A stretch of DNA of 64,000 bases, taken from the NCBI GenBank assembly GCA_964587105.1, contig CAZPKG010000004.1:153443-217442 (forward strand). The letters are read 5' to 3'. This DNA comes from an uncultured Alphaproteobacteria bacterium (GTDB lineage: Bacteria; Electryoneota; RPQS01). The position numbers and the translations under genes were made by a program. The notes beneath the pieces were generated by a model that did no database searches, was not told the DNA's origin, and saw nothing but the letters and a program-made list of their open reading frames with translations. Of this stretch, positions 1 through 9,779 are shown one piece after another (within the stretch, counting starts at the first letter, position 1; each line of letters starts with the position of its first letter).

Positions 1-1016
1 TACGAAATCCCCAACGAGTATTTATAAATAGCATCAAAGCGGCCAAAATCTTCATAGGCCGCATCGAGTGCGAACGACGGGCCGCCGCGAGTTTTGAAGT
101 GAACACCGAATCCCGCGGTCAAACCTTCTTCAGAATCTTTGAGGAAAAGTGACTTGTATCCGGCCCGGAAGAATAATTGTTCGCGGAACGAATATTCGGA
201 GCCGAAATTTACGGATTCTTCATTGTCGTTGGGATGCAGAGCATCAGCGGCTACAGACAGGCGGTGCTTCTCATTCTGAAATGCTTCCATCGCCAAACCG
301 AACCGCATGGTGAGCGGTAACGGCCATTTGTCTGTACCAAGATTGGCGACGACGCTGCGGTTGTTGCCTTCGCGGGTTTCATCTACGTCATAGAGGCGCG
401 TCAAGTCACGGCCCGTCATCTGCATCTTGCCACCGAAGTTCGTGATGGCAATGCCGATGCGCATGCCGTTCAAATCGGTGCGATAGACGCTGCCGAGGTC
501 AATCGCGGCAGTGGCAGCCGATTCGTGCCAGATCCACTCGCGAATGTACTTTCCTGTGAAGCCAAGCTTGAACCGATCCGTGAACTGCTTTCCGTAGCTC
601 AATTGCATTGCCATACTGCCTGCACTGAAGAAATACCCCGCTCCGTCCTGTTCACCTTGCTGCGTCGTTGTGACTTCTTGATCCGGCATTGTAAGCAAGG
701 TGATTTGCGCGCCGAGTGCGTCGTCGTGCTCAAGCGGTAACACCGCCCCGATTACGTCATAACGCAAATCGGTTAGCCAGTCCGTGTGAATCAGCGTCGT
801 TTGAAACTTGTCAATGCCGGAAATACCTGCCGGGTTCCAATACAGAGCGGTGGCGTCATCTGCCATCGCTGTGAACGCGCCGCCCATACCGATCGCGCGC
901 GCACCGACCGCGATGTTCAAAAAAGGAGCAGCGGTCGAGCCGACTTTGCTCACTGCAAATGCGGATACCGACAAACTCAGAAGGGCGGATGCGAGAATAA
1001 TGGTCTTAAGCTTCAT
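1..1016 (-). CDS. PorV/PorQ-family (UPF0164-like) outer-membrane protein; stop codon lies just outside the window
   Basis: Absent from the ORF track because it runs off the edge. Manual translation from ATG 1016 (overlapping the upstream TGA): MKLKTIILASALLSLSVSAFAVSKVGSTAAPFLNIAVGARAIGMGGAFTAMADDATALYWNPAGI, the typical PorV-family N-terminus. The same frame reads ...GRFDAIYKYSLGIS at the window start. Confidence 0.8.
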   Translation of the reverse strand, partial: MKLKTIILASALLSLSVSAFAVSKVGSTAAPFLNIAVGARAIGMGGAFTAMADDATALYWNPAGISGIDKFQTTLIHTDWLTDLRYDVIGAVLPLEHDDALGAQITLLTMPDQEVTTTQQGEQDGAGYFFSAGSMAMQLSYGKQFTDRFKLGFTGKYIREWIWHESAATAAIDLGSVYRTDLNGMRIGIAITNFGGKMQMTGRDLTRLYDVDETREGNNRSVVANLGTDKWPLPLTMRFGLAMEAFQNEKHRLSVAADALHPNDNEESVNFGSEYSFREQLFFRAGYKSLFLKDSEEGLTAGFGVHFKTRGGPSFALDAAYEDFGRFDAIYKYSLGIS

Positions 1017-4000
1017 CACTTGATTACCGCAAACCTTCCCGTCTTCTCACCGTAGGGCGAGTCAACATGATATAGATAAACGCCATACGCGACATTCAAT
1101 CCGTCACGATTGCGCAAGTCCCAATTCTCCGTGCCGTCGTCAATTCCTGCATTGTGCTCGAGTGTGTCAACCAAGTCGCCGCGCAGCGTGTAAATGCGAA
1201 TCGTGCAGCGGTCCGGCAAATGATTGAACGTAATCCGCCGCTCGCCGCGCCCTTCATTAAAGGGGTTGGTTGGCTCTTGCACGTTAGCTGCAACATACGG
1301 ATTCGGATAGACATTGATTCTGTCGAGTTCAACCGCCGCCGCATTCACGCGCGCTGAGTTGGTCGAGTATTGGAATACATCAGCGTCAGAATACGGCTGA
1401 TAGAGTTTCAGATTGATCGCGTCTCCGGCGGTTGGTCGGACGGTATCTCCGGTCGCCGTTCTCGAGCGGAATTCCAAAGCCCATGTAACGACAGAGTCTT
1501 GCATGAAGATGATGACTTCGCCGTTATCCACAACTCCATTCGTAGTTGCGGTCTGTTCATCAAACGCGAATTTCAAATACTCATTCGTGCTGACATTCTT
1601 CACACGGAAATCAACGGGTGTTGCCGGCAGTACAAACAAATCAAACCAATTGAAATCTTCTGATGTATCCGCCACGCCTTCATCCCATTCCACCTGAAAG
1701 TCTCCTGGAATGCTCTCGCCGACAAGGAAATACTGACTGTAATTTGTCAGACCAAAACGGAATTCATACAATCCCTTTGAGGTGTCAGCCCAGCCCGACG
1801 CCTGCTGGATCAAAGTGGTTTGCCGAGGAGTCAGCATATAGGCGCGCTGACCGTCAAACAACTCCGTTCCTGCAACTCGGAAGTATTGCGCGGGATCGTA
1901 AGTTCCCGGCTGCAAATTGAACAAGGAATCGTAGTAGCTTGAGAAGCGATCCGCCTGACCGATCAAATTCTCCTGTGGGACAAGCGGGAGGTTCTCGGCT
2001 ATTGTATCCGTTCCGTTCGGGCCGTTGCGCGTAACAGTGTATGTTACACCCGAAGTATCACTGGGCTGATCAAACGAGAACTGGTATTGCGTGTTGCTTC
2101 CCACCAAACGCGGATCTACAACTTCAAGTGCAATGGTTCCCGTCGCCGATCCCGATACGTGGTTAACGGCGCTGAATTGCGGGTCTTCATAGCCCAATGC
2201 CGGCGCGCGCGGAACAATCGTAATCGTATTGATGTCTGGAGTTACGTTGCCGCCCGCATCTACAACAATTGTTTTGCTATTCTCGGCCGGCAAAATCTCT
2301 TTCTCAATGTCGCCCCGGTCGTAAGCCACGATAGCATAATAGTAAGTCTGCCCGTTCTCGACAGTTGTGTCCGTCCACGCATGTTCAAGACCACTGTCAT
2401 TGCCGAGGAAATAAATCACCGAATTGCGAATGACCGGGAAGAAACCTGCATTGCCGTTGTCAAGGTCAAACTGTGCAATGGGTTGATGGAAAACTTTGCG
2501 GCCCAAACCGTCTGTGATGGTGAAGACTTCGTTGAAACCCGGGTCGGTAGAGCGATAGATTTTGTACCCTTCAAAATCGAATCCGGTCACCGGATCGTAA
2601 GAAGCTTCAGCTATGTCATCCCAATAAAGTGTGACTTCGCCGTCACCCGGCACAGCCCACAAAGTAGGTTTGTCGGGCGGACGCGCGAAGTTGTAGTTCT
2701 CATCATAGATTTGCTGTACCGTGATTTTGTTATCCGTGATATCGAGCAAATCCTGTCCATAGGCCAAAGCCATTGAGAAGCGTTCGGTTTGACCGGGACG
2801 AAGCGGGAAAAAGCCCGATCCATAGATGAAGTCGCCGTCTTGCGGTTCAGTCGAAACGACGTCGAATCGGCCCGGCGTCATTCTTTCCCACAAGGCCGCG
2901 TCATCACGCATACGGACGGAACCCGGAGGCGAGAAGTACTCAAATGATGTCAAACCAATTTGGTCAGATTCATCCACGTCAGTCTTATCAAAGTGCGGTT
3001 CCCCATTGGTCGGGCGGCCATCGCCTTCACCCGCGTCACCCGTCAAGGCCACACCGTCGGCACCAACGTCATCAGTCAGAACATCCCAGTCGCCGTCGTT
3101 ATCAATACCGTCATCGCGAGCTTCGTCAAGCAATAGATCAGTCAAACCGCGTCCGGTTGTGTAATCTACATAAGCCAGATCACGATGGTCATTCCGCTCG
3201 TCAATCAATCCGTTCAAGTTGTCGTCAATACCGTTACCGCCGTCTTCAACGACTTGCTGGCCGGGCAACAATGTGATCTCGTCGTCACGAATGAAATATC
3301 TCAGCGGCCCGGTTTGCGGAAACGTGGTCACCGTGCGCTCGTAAGTATTATAATCAATCAAAACGACCGTCTGTCCCGGCCCAAATGAACGTGGCTGCAA
3401 AAATGTTCCCAACACGTCACCCGTGAGGTGTGGGCTGTTGGGGTCTTGACTGTCACCATCGTTGTCAATGCCGTCCACAGGATTACCCGGCGATTCCAAG
3501 AAGGCGTAGCCGACGTAGCCGACATTATTCGTTTCTGAAACCGGTACCCAGCCCGGGGAGCCTTGGTCGTCACTGTCAAAGCTGTAAGTAATGTCGTTTT
3601 CAAGATCAAAGTAAGCCAAGTCGTCTTCAGAGTCCTGACGGCCACCGGAAAGCGTCCCGACAACCATACCGAAGGCAACTTTGTCATAGGTATGCGTGCT
3701 GACATTCGTAATCTCATACAACCAGAAGATCACGTCTTGAGCCAGAAAGTGCGACCACTGCAAACCGCGAACAGAAACGCGCAAACCCAAACCTCGGCGC
3801 GCTGAATCCTGCTCATGCGGATAGTAATGATACACATTACCGGAGCTATCCGTCCGCTCAAACCATTCGAGATCGGCCTGATCGTCCATCTGGAAATAGC
3901 ATTCCTGATCGGCGTTCGAAACATTCTTGCCGAAGTAACCATTCCATGCACCGTGCCATCCCGGATCAGTCGCGTCGCGCACCCATGCTTTGTCACCTGA

Positions 4001-4483
4001 AAGCGAGTCGGTAATACTCTTGTCCGGCCATGCTGTCGGCCATGTGCTGGGCTGGTTACTCATTGCGACCAGTGGATCTTCACCAATCGCAGGCGGAGCT
4101 GCAAAACCCTTCAGCGGTTCAAAGCCCCAGAATGCGCCGCCGCCGGGAGGACCGTCCGGATTTCCGCGTGGACCGTCTGAAGTGCACACCGCACGCAGCG
4201 TGTCGCCGGACGGGTGAACAAACTCGATCCCGACAAGTGGAGATACGTCGCCGACATATTCGTCGCCCGTGCCAATTGGCCATTCACCGGAAATTTCGCC
4301 GATATTGCCGACCAATCCGTAATTATAGTAGGTGGTGCGCACAAGGTTTCCGCTCATCACGTTTTTCGCGCGGTAGAGCGGGTTCCCACGATAATTGAGC
4401 ATGGAATCAACTTGAGCGACCGCCGTCGTTGCCAATAGCGCGAGCGCGGCAACGCAGAGTGTATATTTGAAAATGGGTCTCAT
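1016..4483 (-). CDS. Large secreted protein (1155 aa) with Asp-rich Ca-binding-like repeats, an FN3-like domain and a T9SS-type C-terminal sorting domain
   Basis: Signal peptide; DGIDNDGD / NGIDDNLNGLIDE repeats; FN3-like segment (VTLYWD...FEGYKIYRS...YYYAIVAYD); C-terminal VYPNPY...IRIYTLRGDLV...WDLRN...GVYLYHV...FAVIK. Confidence 0.8.
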   Translation of the reverse strand: MRPIFKYTLCVAALALLATTAVAQVDSMLNYRGNPLYRAKNVMSGNLVRTTYYNYGLVGNIGEISGEWPIGTGDEYVGDVSPLVGIEFVHPSGDTLRAVCTSDGPRGNPDGPPGGGAFWGFEPLKGFAAPPAIGEDPLVAMSNQPSTWPTAWPDKSITDSLSGDKAWVRDATDPGWHGAWNGYFGKNVSNADQECYFQMDDQADLEWFERTDSSGNVYHYYPHEQDSARRGLGLRVSVRGLQWSHFLAQDVIFWLYEITNVSTHTYDKVAFGMVVGTLSGGRQDSEDDLAYFDLENDITYSFDSDDQGSPGWVPVSETNNVGYVGYAFLESPGNPVDGIDNDGDSQDPNSPHLTGDVLGTFLQPRSFGPGQTVVLIDYNTYERTVTTFPQTGPLRYFIRDDEITLLPGQQVVEDGGNGIDDNLNGLIDERNDHRDLAYVDYTTGRGLTDLLLDEARDDGIDNDGDWDVLTDDVGADGVALTGDAGEGDGRPTNGEPHFDKTDVDESDQIGLTSFEYFSPPGSVRMRDDAALWERMTPGRFDVVSTEPQDGDFIYGSGFFPLRPGQTERFSMALAYGQDLLDITDNKITVQQIYDENYNFARPPDKPTLWAVPGDGEVTLYWDDIAEASYDPVTGFDFEGYKIYRSTDPGFNEVFTITDGLGRKVFHQPIAQFDLDNGNAGFFPVIRNSVIYFLGNDSGLEHAWTDTTVENGQTYYYAIVAYDRGDIEKEILPAENSKTIVVDAGGNVTPDINTITIVPRAPALGYEDPQFSAVNHVSGSATGTIALEVVDPRLVGSNTQYQFSFDQPSDTSGVTYTVTRNGPNGTDTIAENLPLVPQENLIGQADRFSSYYDSLFNLQPGTYDPAQYFRVAGTELFDGQRAYMLTPRQTTLIQQASGWADTSKGLYEFRFGLTNYSQYFLVGESIPGDFQVEWDEGVADTSEDFNWFDLFVLPATPVDFRVKNVSTNEYLKFAFDEQTATTNGVVDNGEVIIFMQDSVVTWALEFRSRTATGDTVRPTAGDAINLKLYQPYSDADVFQYSTNSARVNAAAVELDRINVYPNPYVAANVQEPTNPFNEGRGERRITFNHLPDRCTIRIYTLRGDLVDTLEHNAGIDDGTENWDLRNRDGLNVAYGVYLYHVDSPYGEKTGRFAVIK

Positions 4484-7182
4484 TAGAATTCGTAGCTCAC
4501 ACCAAGTTTAATCAAGCGGGGCCGCGAGTATTGTGACGGATCGGGATAGACTTCGTTCAGCGTGTTGATCTCGGGAACTTCAACCGCGTCATTTTCGACG
4601 ATCGTATAACCGGCGCGGCCCGTGTCATTGTAAACGCGATCCTCATTCTTAATGTCAAAGAGGTTCTGGATCGTCGCGATGATCATGATCTTCTTTCCGC
4701 CCAGCGGGAACGCTTTGAACGCGTTCAAATCAAGATTATAATAATCCGGGCGGCGGCCATCGTTCTCAAAGCCGGTGCGAATGCCGTCGTCGGTTGGAGA
4801 ATAAGGCAAGCCGCTGCCATATTTACCTAACAGAGTCGCACCGTAACCTCGCTGCCCGGGTTTCGCGTAAGACAAGCTCGCATTCAACGTGTGGCGGCGG
4901 TCCCAATCGAGCGGAACAAGTTGCTGCTCGGGTTCGCGCGGGTTGTTTCCCTTTAAGTCGTTGTAAGCGGATTGCGGATCGCTGGCGTTGCCTTCGGCGA
5001 TTTGATAAGTGTAATCCACAAACGCGCTGAAGTTGTTTGCCATCCGCTTATCGAAAGAGAGTGTGATACCTTTCACTTCGCCGAAACTGCGGTTCACATA
5101 TTGTGCGTATTTTGTTCCGGATGAGTAAGTCTCGACAATCCTGTCAGTGGCGACAAGACTGCGGATATCACGGAAGAACAGCGACGTGGAGAGTGAAACA
5201 TCTTCCTGAATCTGCTGCTGAAAGCCAAATTCATAGGTAACGGTCTCTTCCATATCCAAATCAGGATTTCCCATCACCGTATTCAGTCCGACTCCAGATT
5301 CGAGTTCGTATTCCGGATTGGCATACATCCGCTCAAATGTGGGGCGCTGTACGAAATGACCGTAAGCAAAGTGGAAGACCCCTTCATCTGACATCGGGTA
5401 AGCGATACCAAGTCGCGGCGAGATTCTGTATTTCGCGTCAACTTTTTTATACCAATAACCAAGTCGTTCTTCCAGACTTTGAGCCGCGCGTTCGGGGAGC
5501 AACGGATTATATACATTTGGATCCTTCGGGTCAGACGGCAGGCGGCCATCCGGCTCAAAGTAATCCAACCGCAAGCCGACATTGACAATCAAAGAAGGCA
5601 ACTCAAACTTGTCCTGGGCAAACAAGGCCAGCTCATACGGATTGTTTTTGTACAGGTCGTGCGACGGGAACGAAATTGGTTCAATCGAGAACCTGAAACT
5701 ATCATCGCCGACATTAACCGGAACGAGGTTGATGTCTTCATAGAACAGTTCGTGCGCCTTGACGTCCACACCGAGCTTCAACAGATGGAGCTTGCTGGCC
5801 TGATACGATAGATTGCCGGTAAGTTGGTTGCTGTTTGTCCAGCGGCGAAAACGAGCTAAATCAGTTCCGGCTATGTTTAGCGTATATGGCGGATTGATAT
5901 CCTGATACTCGGGGTGCAAGTAACGCGGGTCGTCCGCATTATCAAAAAGCTGGTGATGGTATTCACTGAACGTGTTCGTTGCCGCGACTTCGTAGAACAT
6001 TGCGGCGCTCAGTGAGTGATTCATCTTCAGCACGTTTGTCCTGCCATCACGATAGCGGCGGAGAATGCCGTCTGGCACGTACTTCCAGTCATGCGAATAG
6101 TCGCGATAAGTCCTGCCGCTATAGAAAGTGGAGTAGTTTAGCTTGATCTGATCCGTGAGCGGATAAGTTAGCTTTAGGTTGCCCCACTTCTCCAGATTGT
6201 AGTTCATCGCAACGTAGCTATTATCGCCGTCGCGTGAAATGTAAGTTGTATTTCCATTATTCGGATTGTAAACGTTCCATCTTCTCTGCCCGTATTGCCA
6301 ACCGTCGTCATCTAAATAACGCAAGCTCCCATAAAATGAGAGCTTGTCAACAAGAGGCACGGGGCCATACAGAGTCGCGTTATAATCCTGAATATCCAGC
6401 GGCGAGACATGATCAATATTCATCCATGTCCGGGAATGCTCTGAGACATAGTCACCAAATTCAGTGGACACGGTGCCGTGATAATCCAGCGCGCCCTCCT
6501 TGGTGACGATGTTCACGATACCTGACATTGCCTGGCCATACTCAGCATTAAACGTTCCGCTGATGACCTGCAACTCCTGAACGGCATTGTTGTCAACTTG
6601 TGTACCTTGACTATTGTCGTAGGCGTCGGTAACGGAAATACCGTCCACCAGATACATCACTTCGCTACTGCGTCCGCCGCGGAAGTGGCCATCCACAACG
6701 CCGGCTTGAATCTCAATCACCTGTCCGAGATTTGTGACAGGCAGCGCTTGTATATCCGAGCTTCCCACCGTGGAAGTCGCAAAGGTGCGATCATTCTCAA
6801 TCAGTTTTCGCTCAGCGGTAATCACAACCTCGCCGGTTGTGACTGCTTCAACTCCCAACACCATATTTGCGTTGGTCGTTTGGTCCGTGATGACACGCAG
6901 GCCTTGCAGTGTCTTCGGTGAGTACCCGATCGCGGATACGCGCAAGGTAACATCACCCGGTGGCACATTAAGGATAAAAAATTCGCCATTAATATCCGCC
7001 GCAGCACCCAGGGATGTTCCCTCGACCATAACGGCAGCACCGATAATGGGATCGCCGTTTTCGGCGTCGGTTATTCTACCCGCGATTTTGCCGGTCGTAC
7101 CAGCAAAAACAGCCGAGCACATGACTACAAATAGCCACAGCCCGGCCGTTCCACCTCGGAAACTCCGATTTCCCAACCACAT
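4483..7182 (-). CDS. TonB-dependent receptor with N-terminal carboxypeptidase-regulatory-like domain
   Basis: GKIAGRITDAENGDPIIGAAV N-domain, plug motif (YLVDGISV...VISGTFNAEYGQAMSGIVNIVTK), NPDLDMEET, C-terminal ...LGVSYEF ending in Phe. Confidence 0.9.
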   Translation of the reverse strand: MWLGNRSFRGGTAGLWLFVVMCSAVFAGTTGKIAGRITDAENGDPIIGAAVMVEGTSLGAAADINGEFFILNVPPGDVTLRVSAIGYSPKTLQGLRVITDQTTNANMVLGVEAVTTGEVVITAERKLIENDRTFATSTVGSSDIQALPVTNLGQVIEIQAGVVDGHFRGGRSSEVMYLVDGISVTDAYDNSQGTQVDNNAVQELQVISGTFNAEYGQAMSGIVNIVTKEGALDYHGTVSTEFGDYVSEHSRTWMNIDHVSPLDIQDYNATLYGPVPLVDKLSFYGSLRYLDDDGWQYGQRRWNVYNPNNGNTTYISRDGDNSYVAMNYNLEKWGNLKLTYPLTDQIKLNYSTFYSGRTYRDYSHDWKYVPDGILRRYRDGRTNVLKMNHSLSAAMFYEVAATNTFSEYHHQLFDNADDPRYLHPEYQDINPPYTLNIAGTDLARFRRWTNSNQLTGNLSYQASKLHLLKLGVDVKAHELFYEDINLVPVNVGDDSFRFSIEPISFPSHDLYKNNPYELALFAQDKFELPSLIVNVGLRLDYFEPDGRLPSDPKDPNVYNPLLPERAAQSLEERLGYWYKKVDAKYRISPRLGIAYPMSDEGVFHFAYGHFVQRPTFERMYANPEYELESGVGLNTVMGNPDLDMEETVTYEFGFQQQIQEDVSLSTSLFFRDIRSLVATDRIVETYSSGTKYAQYVNRSFGEVKGITLSFDKRMANNFSAFVDYTYQIAEGNASDPQSAYNDLKGNNPREPEQQLVPLDWDRRHTLNASLSYAKPGQRGYGATLLGKYGSGLPYSPTDDGIRTGFENDGRRPDYYNLDLNAFKAFPLGGKKIMIIATIQNLFDIKNEDRVYNDTGRAGYTIVENDAVEVPEINTLNEVYPDPSQYSRPRLIKLGVSYEF

Positions 7183-7453
7183 ATGTATTCCTCTAAACTA
7201 GCCGGTCGCCACAAAAAACATGGCATTATTCCTTATTTTTCTTCGTACCCTTAAGTTAAGGGAGAGCTTTATGTTTGTCAAGTGTTTGCGTCACAATTCT
7301 CGATTTTCACCCCCTGCAATTCTTCGTATTTCCTTTGAATAATCATCGTAAAAGCCTCTTTAGGGTGCTTTCTGTGGCTCCTCGAAGGGCGTGCATTTTA
7401 ATCAGAACAGCCATATATTCAAGTACTCACGTCAATCGACCCGGAGGCACAAC

Positions 7454-8893
7454 ATGCGCTTCTCACAGATAATACTACTTGTCATCTTCCATGCCTCTCT
7501 TGGAGAGGCCCAGACATTCAGCGATTTTCTTTCTCGCGTCAATTCCGCGCCCAACGCTGAACGGCCTGCTATTGTTGATAGCTTCATGGCTGCAGTCCCA
7601 GCCTTTCCTTATATAGAGTCCACGCTGCAGGTTCATTTCCTCTATCGAGGGACTGCCGGAACAGTTCAGGTTCCGGGTGACATGAATGGTTGGACTCCCG
7701 GCGCCGCGAATATGACGCAGGTTTCGGGAACAGACCTTTGGTACTACAGCCGCATCTTTGAAGCAGATGCCCGGCTCGATTATAAGTTCGTGACCAACGG
7801 CTCGAACTGGATTCTCGATCCCCGAAACCCGTTCACCGTTACAGGCGGGTTCGGACCAAATTCCGAACTTCGGATGCCTGAGTTTGTTCAGCCCCCCGAA
7901 ATTGAGAACTATCCCGATGTACCACAAGGCGCAATCCGGGACACCATGTTCACCAGTTCAGTCATGGGGAACACTCGGCGTGTTCGGGTCTACACCCCGC
8001 CCGGTTATGCGGAGTCACAGAGTCGCTACCCGCTCCTGCTCGTTCATGACGGCCTTGAGTTCATTACTTTGGCGAGGTGCGAGCGGGTATTGAACTACCT
8101 GATCCACCACAACCAAATCCAGCCACTGATCGCTGTTTTCGTCCCCCCTGTCAGTCGAGAGGCCGAGTACGCAGGAAACCTGCAAGACCAATTTGGGCAG
8201 TTCATCACCACCGAACTTCTCCCCTTCGTCGATTCTGCCTATCGAACCGAGACCAACCCAATCCTCCGGGGAACAATGGGGTCCTCAAACGGTGGCAACA
8301 TTGCCCTTTGGCTCGGAGTCACGTATCCCGAAGTTTTCGGACAGATTATCGCCTTTTCAAGCAATGTGGAGGGCAACATTAGCTCGGTACTTGAGCAGAA
8401 CGCCGATCTTCCTTTGAGGTTCTACATCGACATCGGCACCTACGATATCGCAGTCCTAATTCCGCTCGTGCATGATTTGCAACAAACTCTTGAAAATCAA
8501 GGATATCCGTATTTCTATCAGGAAATCCACGACGGCCACAGTTGGGGAAACTGGAGAAACCACATTGACGATGCGCTGAGGTTTACTTTCCCCTCGCAGG
8601 TAAGTGCGCCCGAGCCGCCTAAGCTTCCGGTGATTATGGAGCTTGCGCAAAATTATCCAAATCCATTTAATCCAATAACTAACATTGAATTTACGCTGAT
8701 TCATCGTCAGTTTGTGAGCCTTGATATCTTTGACACAACCGGACGGCTCGTAACCACTCTCGCATCAGATTTCTATGATGCTGGTTTACATGAATTTGTA
8801 TTCAATGCTACAGCTGAATCGTCAGGTACCTACTTCGCTCGCCTGATCGCCGGCGGCCAGGTAGACGCGATCAAGATGGTTCTGATTAAATGA
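7454..8893 (+). CDS. Secreted enterochelin-esterase-like alpha/beta hydrolase with CBM48-like N-domain and T9SS-type C-terminal domain
   Basis: Start placed at ATG 7454 after GGAGG; signal peptide; VPGDMNGW/YKFV CBM48-like domain; nucleophile motif GSSNGG; HDGHSWGNW; C-terminal QNYPNPFNP...GTYFARL...KMVLIK. Confidence 0.85.
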   Translation: MRFSQIILLVIFHASLGEAQTFSDFLSRVNSAPNAERPAIVDSFMAAVPAFPYIESTLQVHFLYRGTAGTVQVPGDMNGWTPGAANMTQVSGTDLWYYSRIFEADARLDYKFVTNGSNWILDPRNPFTVTGGFGPNSELRMPEFVQPPEIENYPDVPQGAIRDTMFTSSVMGNTRRVRVYTPPGYAESQSRYPLLLVHDGLEFITLARCERVLNYLIHHNQIQPLIAVFVPPVSREAEYAGNLQDQFGQFITTELLPFVDSAYRTETNPILRGTMGSSNGGNIALWLGVTYPEVFGQIIAFSSNVEGNISSVLEQNADLPLRFYIDIGTYDIAVLIPLVHDLQQTLENQGYPYFYQEIHDGHSWGNWRNHIDDALRFTFPSQVSAPEPPKLPVIMELAQNYPNPFNPITNIEFTLIHRQFVSLDIFDTTGRLVTTLASDFYDAGLHEFVFNATAESSGTYFARLIAGGQVDAIKMVLIK

Positions 8894-8987
8894 GGGGACA
8901 CCACAAGATTCCCACTTCCAAGTCACGATCACATTTTTCCGATTTTCCATTTTTCAAAAAGTGTGAAAAAAGAATCCCCTAACACGC

Positions 8988-9019
8988 TCACATTACTCTT
9001 ACATTATTCTATTACTCTT
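8988..9019 (+). promoter_or_regulatory. Direct repeats (TCACAT/TTACAT at 11-bp spacing, ATTACTCTT repeated) upstream of the OmpR-family regulator; possible autoregulatory box
   Basis: tcacattactc-ttacattattct-attactctt, directly upstream of the response regulator start. Confidence 0.4.
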
Positions 9020-9042
9020 GGGTGTTCCTAAGACCAAAACCC

Positions 9043-9738
9043 ATGAGCAACAAGATGAAGAATACAGTTTTAGTAGTTGAAGATGAGCACGATATTCGCG
9101 AGCTTCTTGAGTACAATCTGACCCGCGACGGGTTCAACGTCCGGGCTGTTGAAACCGGCGAACAAGCTCTTTCGGCTGTGACAACCATGCCGCCTGATCT
9201 GATCTTGTTGGACCTGATGCTGCCCGGAATCGACGGCTTACAGGTTTGCCGCAGACTCAAGTCGGATGCCGCTACGGCAAATATTCCTATATTAATGTTG
9301 ACGGCAAAAGATGAGGAGACCGATGTTGTAACCGGCCTCGAACTCGGCGCCGACGACTATGTGACCAAGCCGTTCAGCCCGAAGGTCGTGGTTGCTCGTG
9401 CCCGTGCCGTTCTGCGGAGGTTGTCGGAGCCGGTTCACGGCGAGGACGAAGTCTTGAATTTCGACCAGATGACAATCCACCCGGGCCGTCATGAAGTTCT
9501 CGTAGAGGGCAAACTGATCGATCTGACCAACTCCGAGTTTCGCATCCTTCACCATATGGCCCGCCGCCCCGGATGGGTGTTTACGCGCTATCAACTCGTA
9601 GATGCAGTTCACGGAGAGAAGCATGCCGTCTCCGATCGGTCGGTTGATGTGATGATTGTGGGCCTTCGCCGCAAGTTAAACGAATGTGGAAATTACATTG
9701 AAACAGTCCGGGGAGTAGGCTACCGCTTCCGCACCTGA
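9043..9738 (+). CDS. phoB: OmpR/PhoB-family response regulator
   Basis: Receiver domain (VVEDE, LLDLMLPG, GADDYVTKPF) plus winged helix (RSVDV...LRRKL...IETVRGVGYRF), paired with a PhoR-like kinase. The orthology call is tentative because no pst genes are adjacent. Confidence 0.7.
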   Translation: MSNKMKNTVLVVEDEHDIRELLEYNLTRDGFNVRAVETGEQALSAVTTMPPDLILLDLMLPGIDGLQVCRRLKSDAATANIPILMLTAKDEETDVVTGLELGADDYVTKPFSPKVVVARARAVLRRLSEPVHGEDEVLNFDQMTIHPGRHEVLVEGKLIDLTNSEFRILHHMARRPGWVFTRYQLVDAVHGEKHAVSDRSVDVMIVGLRRKLNECGNYIETVRGVGYRFRT

Positions 9739-9779
9739 TCAACTGATTCGGGCTGGCGGTCGGACTTAACCTCACGCAT

